Below, in pieces: positions 46,689 through 52,771 of a stretch of DNA of 52,771 bases. The stretch lies in contig CAYFOU010000001.1 in NCBI GenBank assembly GCA_964344805.1, forward strand, positions 1 to 52,771, read 5' to 3'. This DNA comes from an uncultured Piscirickettsiaceae bacterium. Lineage in GTDB: Bacteria > Pseudomonadota > Gammaproteobacteria > GCF-002020875. Made by a program: the position numbers and the translations under genes. Each line of letters begins with the position of its first letter. Position 1 is the stretch's first letter. Under the pieces are notes generated by a model. The model was not told the origin of the DNA, searched no databases, and worked only from the letters and a program-made list of their open reading frames with translations.

Positions 46689-47339
46689 TTATTCCTTCTC
46701 TTGCGTGGGTGATGAAGTGTCGTCCTGACCCAGTTCCAGGGTGATGGCCATACGCATCAGTGCAGAGATCGAGTCTGCCTCCATCTTCTCCATCACTCTG
46801 GAGCGGTGTGCCTCCACGGTGGATTGGCTGACGTTGAGATCGCCAGCAATCACCTTGTTGCGTTTGCCCTCCACCACCATATCCATCACCTCCCGTTCAC
46901 GTGGGGTAAGACGGTTGAAGCGCTCCTGAATATCGGCCAATTTCATCGCCTTGCCGCGCTCGCGGGCGTCGTGTTCGATGGCGCGATAGACGCTGTCGAG
47001 CAGCTCCTGGTCGCTGAATGGTTTTTCGATGAAGTGCATGGCACCTGCCTGCATTGCGCGCACTGCCATCGGTACGTCGCCATGCCCGGTAATAATGATG
47101 ATCGGGGGATGCAGTGGCTGTTTTTTCAGTTGTGCCTGCAGCTCGAGGCCGTTGATGCCGGGCATGCGCACATCCAGAATCAGGCAGCCCGCCTCATTGG
47201 GGTCGAACTGGTCAAGGTACTCCTGTGCCGAACCAAAATCCTCGACATTGAGACCGACCGATTGCAGTAACAGCTTCAGTGCGGCCCTTACTTCCTGGTC
47301 GTCGTCGACGACAAAAACGGTAGAGGCTTGTGGTTTCAT
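46689..47339 (-). CDS. FixJ/NarL-family response regulator (REC plus LuxR-type HTH)
   Basis: VFVVDDD, LDVRMPGINGLE, KPF, and the HTH block LTPREREVMDMVVEGKRNKVIAGDLNVSQSTVEAHR. Confidence 0.9.
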   Translation of the reverse strand: MKPQASTVFVVDDDQEVRAALKLLLQSVGLNVEDFGSAQEYLDQFDPNEAGCLILDVRMPGINGLELQAQLKKQPLHPPIIIITGHGDVPMAVRAMQAGAMHFIEKPFSDQELLDSVYRAIEHDARERGKAMKLADIQERFNRLTPREREVMDMVVEGKRNKVIAGDLNVSQSTVEAHRSRVMEKMEADSISALMRMAITLELGQDDTSSPTQEKE

Positions 47340-49522
47340 GGTGCTGTGTTCTCCTTGCTTTGTGGCAGGGTGAAGCAGAAGGTGCTTCCGCTGTTGGAGG
47401 TGGATTCCAGATAGAGGGAGCCATTGTGTAGTTCGATGATGCTCTTGCAGATGGAGAGCCCCATGCCCATCCCCTCTCTCTTGGTAGTGATGAAGGGATC
47501 GAAAAGGGTCTGGCGGATCGGTTCTGGGATGCCGCCGCCGCTGTCGGAAAAATGGGTGATGATGGTGTGGTCGCTGCTGATGCTGGTAGCCACGCTCAGC
47601 TTGCGTTGGTCGGCGGGCTGTTCATCCATGGCGTCGATGGCATTCTGGATCAGGTTGGTCACCACCTGGTCGATCTGTATCGGCTGCGCCATCACCGGTG
47701 GAATGTGTTTGTCCAGCAGCAGATCGATTCGCACCTCGTGGCGGCGTATCTCTGGCTCCAACATCACCATTGCCTCGCGGATGCGGGTGTTGAGATTGAT
47801 CGACTGTAGTTGTGGCTCCTCGCGGCGGGCGAATTGGCGCATCTGCTTGATGATGTCGCCGGTGCGCCGCGCCTGTGCACCGATTCGCTCGATGGTATCG
47901 ATGATCTGTTCACGATCTTCGCTGCCCGATTCCAGCAGGCGGATGCAGGCGTCGCTGTTGGCTGCGATGGCGGTCAATGGCTGGTTGATTTCGTGCGCCA
48001 TGCCGGAGGCCATTTCGCCCATGGTGTTGAGACGGGCCATGTGGGCCAGATCGTTCTTGTAGCGGTGCAGTTGCTCCTCCATCTTGCGCCGTTCGGTGGT
48101 GTCACGAAATACCACTACGCTGCCGATGATCTGTTTGCGATCGTCGTGCAGCGGGGTGCTGGTGTATTCGACCGGGATTGAGCTGCCGTCCTTCTTCCAG
48201 AAGGTGTCGTCGGCGATGAAGCGTGGCTTGCCGTCGCGGTGGGTGGAGTGAATCGGGCACTCGGTGGCGGGGTGGGGGGTGCCGTCGGCGTGGGTGTGGT
48301 GGATGATCGGATGCTGTTTGCGGCCGATGAGGTCGTCTGCCTGCCAGCCGGTCAGCTTCTCCATGGCACTGTTGACGAAGGTAGTGACGCCATTGGTATC
48401 GATGCCGCAGATGCCGTCGGCCACCGACTCCAGAATCAGATTGTGTTGCCGTTCCAGACAGAGTTGGGTCTTCTGCAGTTTGCGGTTGAGTCGCCAAACC
48501 CACATCACCATGAAGCCCATACTGAATAGAAAGATGAGGGTGGCGATGATCCACTCCCAGTAGCGTTGCATAACGTCGAGCAGGGTAAACTCGGCCCGTT
48601 TGTCATAGGGTGGCAGGTTGAGTTCGCGAGAGAGGTCGTGTACCGACTGATAATCGAGCGGGATGGTCCAGCCTGAGTAGCTGCCGACCTGCGCTGCCAG
48701 ATGGTCTTCAGGCATGCTGAGCAGTGCTACCGCCACCTGCTGTGCCAGCTGGTTGGAGGTGTGGCCGACCTTGCTGAAGGGCCACTCGGGATAGAGGCGG
48801 GTACTGTGCAGGCGGGGGAACTCGGGGGTCTCTCCAGGGCTGATGATCTTGAACTCCTCCAGATCGATACGACCGGTGTGGGCCATGCTCTCGAGAATGC
48901 CTGTGCGCACTGTGCCTGCATCCATCTTGCCATTCTTGACCGCCATCACCACCTTGTCGTGGGTGTTGCCGAAGGCGAGCTGGGAAAAGTCCCGGTAGGG
49001 AGTGATATCAACGCCGAGCAGTTCGCGCCAGGCCATCTGGAAACCGCCCAGTGAGTTGCGGTCAACGGCGATAAAGCGTTTGCCACGCAGGTCGCGCAGG
49101 TTTTTGATGTCGCTGCGGTCGGCACGGGCGAATATGACGCCGCCGAACAAATTGTGGGCAACGCCGCCCACCTTGTTGTTGAGGGTGGCGATGCGCGATA
49201 CCCGATGACGCGCCTCCAGACTGACGTAGATACTGGAGCTTGCCAGTACAAAGTCCACCTCTTTGGCGGCGACCGCAGATTCTACCTTGTCGAACCCCAG
49301 CGGTACGATCTCGAAGCGGTGCCCGGGAACAGCGCCGGTGAGGTAGTTGGCGGTGGGTGACCAGGTGTAGTGGGTGTAACTGTCGCCGCGGTGGCTGAGG
49401 ACGCCGATGCGGATTGGCTCGGCGGTGGCCTGTGTTGCTTCGATGATAGAGAGAAGCATGATCTGAATCAGCAGGATCGATAATCGACGATGGTGTTTTT
49501 TGTTGTGGTTTACGGAGGCCAT
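47336..49522 (-). CDS. sensor histidine kinase with a PhnD-like periplasmic binding domain, PAS and HisKA-HATPase (TtrS/ThsS-like architecture)
   Basis: Periplasmic phosphonate-binding-protein-like block (IRIGVL...FVLASSSIY...GGFQMAW), TM, PAS, H-box GMAHEINQPLTAI, N/G boxes. ATGA overlap with the regulator. ATG 49522 is preferred over the track's TTG 49585. Confidence 0.85.
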   Translation of the reverse strand: MASVNHNKKHHRRLSILLIQIMLLSIIEATQATAEPIRIGVLSHRGDSYTHYTWSPTANYLTGAVPGHRFEIVPLGFDKVESAVAAKEVDFVLASSSIYVSLEARHRVSRIATLNNKVGGVAHNLFGGVIFARADRSDIKNLRDLRGKRFIAVDRNSLGGFQMAWRELLGVDITPYRDFSQLAFGNTHDKVVMAVKNGKMDAGTVRTGILESMAHTGRIDLEEFKIISPGETPEFPRLHSTRLYPEWPFSKVGHTSNQLAQQVAVALLSMPEDHLAAQVGSYSGWTIPLDYQSVHDLSRELNLPPYDKRAEFTLLDVMQRYWEWIIATLIFLFSMGFMVMWVWRLNRKLQKTQLCLERQHNLILESVADGICGIDTNGVTTFVNSAMEKLTGWQADDLIGRKQHPIIHHTHADGTPHPATECPIHSTHRDGKPRFIADDTFWKKDGSSIPVEYTSTPLHDDRKQIIGSVVVFRDTTERRKMEEQLHRYKNDLAHMARLNTMGEMASGMAHEINQPLTAIAANSDACIRLLESGSEDREQIIDTIERIGAQARRTGDIIKQMRQFARREEPQLQSINLNTRIREAMVMLEPEIRRHEVRIDLLLDKHIPPVMAQPIQIDQVVTNLIQNAIDAMDEQPADQRKLSVATSISSDHTIITHFSDSGGGIPEPIRQTLFDPFITTKREGMGMGLSICKSIIELHNGSLYLESTSNSGSTFCFTLPQSKENTAP

Positions 49523-49860
49523 TTTCGGTGATCGGGCAGTTGCTTCAGAGAGGTAGCTGTCGCTGCACTTTGTGGTGCGCTTCAACTATACCAGCAGTTC
49601 GTTATGGGCAGCGCTTTCAGTCAATTCTAGGTGTTAGTTGGAGGGGAGGAAGTGCTGAATGATGAATGGAGAGGCTTGTTGAGTTGGTAGCCGTGGTGCT
49701 GTTTTTCATGCTGAATATGGCTGAAAGTGCGATTTAAAACGCAAAAGGTGTGGAAAACCCCAATAGATTTTGTAGCTCTTGTAGATATTATTGATCTGAA
49801 TCAGGCATGGGTTACCTGGTTTTTATAACTACAAAGGTTAAAGAAGAAAGGAGAAGATGG

Positions 49861-50823
49861 ATGAAAGCAGCCTACGGAAATGTGGCATTGGCGGCAGTGC
49901 TCTGCGCAGCGGTAAGTGGTGCAGCCAATGCGACGGTTTCTCGGGATCTGGCCTATCCGGCTGGTACGCCGACAGCAGAGGAGGTGGCGAAGCAGATCTA
50001 TTTCGTTAACCATTTCTATGCCGTGGATGACTTCTCTATTGGTCGCAAGGGCAAGAAAAAGATCACTGTCATTATCAACAAGTCCAAGGGGGAGAGACCC
50101 ACGACCAATACGGTGGAGCGTCACCTGAACAACAACTATTCAGGCGGTGCGGTCAAAAGCAAGGACCTGGCCATCTTCCGTTCCGGCAAGCTGAAGGGGA
50201 CCGGCATGTTGATCGTCGATTACAGTGATGAGGCCAAGAGCCAGAGCTACTCGATCTGGCTGCCAGCGTTGCGCAAGGTACGTCGTTTTGCCCAGCCTGC
50301 TCATGACGATGCCTGGGGCGGTACAGACTTTACCTTTGGTGATGTTACCTTGAGAAAGCCGAATGATGAAAACCATGAACTGCTCGGTGAGACCACCATG
50401 CAGGGGTGCCTCGGCACCATAGACATGGGGGGGCAGCATACCCGGTGGACCGGGCGGGTAAAGGACTATATGGCGGCGGATTGCTCGGTTCAAGACAAGC
50501 AGGTCTACAGACTGAAGAGTACCCACAAGAAGGGTAACTGGTGGTACGACCATCGTATCAGTTACGTGGATACCAAAACCTTTGCAGACTACCGTACCGA
50601 ATACTTCAAGGACGGTGAGAAGATCAAGGTCATTGACCGCGCGTGGCGTCCGATGGAGGGGGAGAGTGATCCCCGTGCCATGCGCTGGGGGTATTGGTAT
50701 GGGACTACACTGACCACCGGCCATGAAACCATGGCAGTGATTCCAGAAGGGGTCGCCTCCTGGAATACCGGCAAGAAAGAGAAGTTCTGGTCCGAGCGAA
50801 CCCTGCGCAAGATCAAGCGCTAA
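49861..50823 (+). CDS. LolA-like outer-membrane lipoprotein-sorting family protein
   Basis: Signal peptide MKAAYGNVALAAVLCAAVSGAANA after AGGAGAAG. Block WLPALRKVRRFAQPAHDDAWGGTDFTFGDV is typical of the LolA_like family. Confidence 0.7.
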   Translation: MKAAYGNVALAAVLCAAVSGAANATVSRDLAYPAGTPTAEEVAKQIYFVNHFYAVDDFSIGRKGKKKITVIINKSKGERPTTNTVERHLNNNYSGGAVKSKDLAIFRSGKLKGTGMLIVDYSDEAKSQSYSIWLPALRKVRRFAQPAHDDAWGGTDFTFGDVTLRKPNDENHELLGETTMQGCLGTIDMGGQHTRWTGRVKDYMAADCSVQDKQVYRLKSTHKKGNWWYDHRISYVDTKTFADYRTEYFKDGEKIKVIDRAWRPMEGESDPRAMRWGYWYGTTLTTGHETMAVIPEGVASWNTGKKEKFWSERTLRKIKR

Positions 50824-50943
50824 CCCCAATTCCCTCCCCATTGTAGTGCCGAAAAAATGGGCATAAAGGGGAGGGGGGGGTAGAAGTTTACCCCCTTCAC
50901 ATCTCGGTTATACAACCAACAAAGCATTCAAGAGGGAAAATTT

Positions 50944-52770
50944 ATGTACAAGAAGACAATGATTGCATCGGGGATCGCAATGGCTGTGGCTGCGTTACCG
51001 GTAATGGCGGATGGGCATGGCGAAGAATCCTTTATGGATATGCTGGAGATCTCCGGTGAGATCAAGAATGAGAGTGCGGTGTTTACTACAGGCGGTCAGA
51101 CCATTGGTCAGGCAACTTCAACAACGGATACAACCACGAAACATGATAGTGGTGATCTCTACAAGTCAGAGAGCAGTGCCAAGATCTTTGTCAATGGTGA
51201 TGTGGGGGAAGAGGGTTCTACCTTCCATGCAGAGCTGAATCTGCGTTATGACACGGAAGGTACTAATGGGTATAAAGGTGCAAAATCCTACTCACAGCAT
51301 GATCTGTTGCGTGAACTCTATGTCGATACAGAGGTGGGTAATGAGGATAACCCTGTTTCCATTCGTGTTGGTAAACAGCAGGTGGTATGGGGTACTGCAG
51401 ACGGTATCAAACTGCTGGATATTATTAACCCGACAGACTGGCGTGAGTTTGCCCAGAATACGATGGAGGATTCTCGTATTCCGGTCTGGATGGTCAATGC
51501 AGAAACGGATCTGGAGAGTGGGGGCAATGTTCAATTTGTTTTGAGTCAGGCTGAAGAGAACAAAATCCCTGGATTAAATGCATCAGGAGATCAAGGGCAT
51601 CCGTTTGTGATGAAAGGGGTTGATACAATCACAGGTCAGGTAAATGGTATGCTGAATGTTGTTCCTGCAATGGGAACGGTTGCAAACACATTTCATACGC
51701 TAGGAAACTCAAATGGAATGACGCAGGCTTCTGTAGATAGTTTTGTTAGCAATGATGCCGGACAAGCAAGTGCATTTCGTGGAATTTGTACAGGAGGTGC
51801 GAGCACTACCGTTAGCTGTTTAGAGGCAGTTGTTAATGATGCAACTAATGAAGCGGGTAGTGCTGCAACAAATAATCAAAATGCTCAAAATTTATTTTCA
51901 GATACTACTACTGCCCAATGGACAGCGGGAAAAGCGAATCCGACATCAGTTTTTCACTATATGCCAGATGCGACATTTGCAACATTTGATCAATTTGTGA
52001 ATCTAACAGCTCAGTATAAAGTAAAAAGATCTGATGATCCTGGTATTGGTTTTCGTTACAAAGATAGTATGGAAAGTGGAGCCAACTATTCACTGAATTT
52101 CTTTAGAGGTGAAGATGCTAATCCATATATTGAAACTCACTGGGAAGATGGTAGTGGTAATGTGCTTGCAGAGACTAGACAGGCAAATGGTTCATATGTA
52201 ACGAATAATCTAGGTGATGGCACGACTGTTGGGGGATCGGTTGCTGGAGACCCTGGTGCAGTGTTTGTAATGGAGGAGAAAACACAAACAGTTACTAATC
52301 TAGGGGCTTCATTTGATACTTCAGTTGAAACTGAACAAATGGGTGCTGTTGTATTGAGAGGTGAGTTCTTGTATCAGAAGGATGTGCGTACACCTGTAGT
52401 TACAAGAAAGGCATCCAATGGTGTGGATCTTAATCATGGCTTCTTGGTGAGCTCTCTCAAAATGGAAGAAGGGGACATGTTCAAGTATGTTCTGGGTGCT
52501 GATGTGAATGTACTGACAAATATGATGGTTAGCGGTCAGTTTATTCAAATGCGTAATCTTGATTATGTTGATATCGGTAATAGTTCTGCCAGTGACTGGA
52601 AGTACACTGCTGATATGGCAACCATGCATTTAACAAATGGTCTGAATCAAGCAGAAAAAAATAAAGAGTTCTACTCATTATTCTTCTCCAAGCCATTCGG
52701 CGCCGAGCAGCAGCACCGTTGGAACAATATCTTCATGTTTGAAGAGAATGGTGGCAAGTGGAACCGCTTC
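50944..52770 (+). CDS. DUF1302-like outer-membrane protein, N-terminal ~609 codons (3' end outside the window)
   Basis: Not in the ORF track because no stop is reached. My hand translation from ATG 50944 found no stop to the window end. Signal peptide MYKKTMIASGIAMAVAALPVMA and block IRVGKQQVVWGTADGIKLLDIINPTD. Confidence 0.75.
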   Translation, partial: MYKKTMIASGIAMAVAALPVMADGHGEESFMDMLEISGEIKNESAVFTTGGQTIGQATSTTDTTTKHDSGDLYKSESSAKIFVNGDVGEEGSTFHAELNLRYDTEGTNGYKGAKSYSQHDLLRELYVDTEVGNEDNPVSIRVGKQQVVWGTADGIKLLDIINPTDWREFAQNTMEDSRIPVWMVNAETDLESGGNVQFVLSQAEENKIPGLNASGDQGHPFVMKGVDTITGQVNGMLNVVPAMGTVANTFHTLGNSNGMTQASVDSFVSNDAGQASAFRGICTGGASTTVSCLEAVVNDATNEAGSAATNNQNAQNLFSDTTTAQWTAGKANPTSVFHYMPDATFATFDQFVNLTAQYKVKRSDDPGIGFRYKDSMESGANYSLNFFRGEDANPYIETHWEDGSGNVLAETRQANGSYVTNNLGDGTTVGGSVAGDPGAVFVMEEKTQTVTNLGASFDTSVETEQMGAVVLRGEFLYQKDVRTPVVTRKASNGVDLNHGFLVSSLKMEEGDMFKYVLGADVNVLTNMMVSGQFIQMRNLDYVDIGNSSASDWKYTADMATMHLTNGLNQAEKNKEFYSLFFSKPFGAEQQHRWNNIFMFEENGGKWNRF

Positions 52771-52771
52771 G

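Noticed and set aside
50873-50880. G8 homopolymer 63 nt upstream of the DUF1302-like gene, considered as a possible phase-variation tract.
   Set aside because: Equally long G runs sit inside conserved coding regions as Gly-Gly codons: 1328-1335 in the FIST gene and 39753-39760 in the cheB GMGGDG motif. G8 is therefore not exceptional here. Only length polymorphism between isolates would revive the idea.
1-52771. Scan of the whole window for CRISPR arrays, tRNA or rRNA genes, transposases, integrases, toxin-antitoxin pairs and defence islands.
   Set aside because: No spaced direct-repeat arrays, no cloverleaf-like segments in the intergenic gaps, and no ORFs with recombinase, nuclease or defence motifs were seen. 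The window looks like core chromosome.

Overview
This is a proteobacterial chromosomal segment, and its synteny looks gammaproteobacterial: rluE-nudJ-mnmA, clpS-clpA facing infA, and fliMNOPQR-flhBAFG-fliA-cheYZA as in polar flagellates. It is dominated by motility and signalling genes, and coding density is high. I found no rRNA, tRNA, CRISPR array, IS element, integrase or recognisable defence genes. In order, the window contains:

1. A translationally coupled c-di-GMP operon: an EAL fragment, a FIST protein, a PAS histidine kinase and a REC-GGDEF-EAL protein.
2. gdhA and a small Cys-rich ORF.
3. An orphan HAMP-PAS histidine kinase, followed by a consensus-grade sigma54 promoter in front of a small zinc-ribbon ORF.
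4. A minus-strand string motA-motB-PilZ-class A PBP.
5. Chemosensory cluster I: cheW-cheY-cheA-parA-like-STAS-DxxxQ protein-polyHAMP MCP, with no cheR or cheB.
6. A YcgR-like PilZ gene.
7. The flagellar export and regulation block fliMNOPQR-flhB-flhA-flhF-flhG-fliA, with a sigma54-type promoter before fliM.
8. Chemosensory cluster II: cheY-cheZ-cheA-cheW-sORF-cheW-cheR-cheD-cheB.
9. Housekeeping genes nfo, a DUF302 gene, mnmA, nudJ-like, rluE, clpS, clpA and infA.
10. A FixJ-type regulator with a PhnD-domain (TtrS/ThsS-like) kinase.
11. A LolA-like gene and a DUF1302-like outer-membrane gene that runs off the 3' end.

The candidates most worth follow-up are:
- the parA-STAS-DxxxQ trio inside che cluster I, which may be a remote CheZ-like phosphatase together with an array-positioning module;
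- the stator-linked PilZ protein whose c-di-GMP motifs are split by about 97 residues;
- the sigma54-driven zinc-ribbon sORF;
- an inverted-repeat-bounded 173-bp element between flhB and flhA.

All functional calls come from reading motifs by eye. No database search was run.
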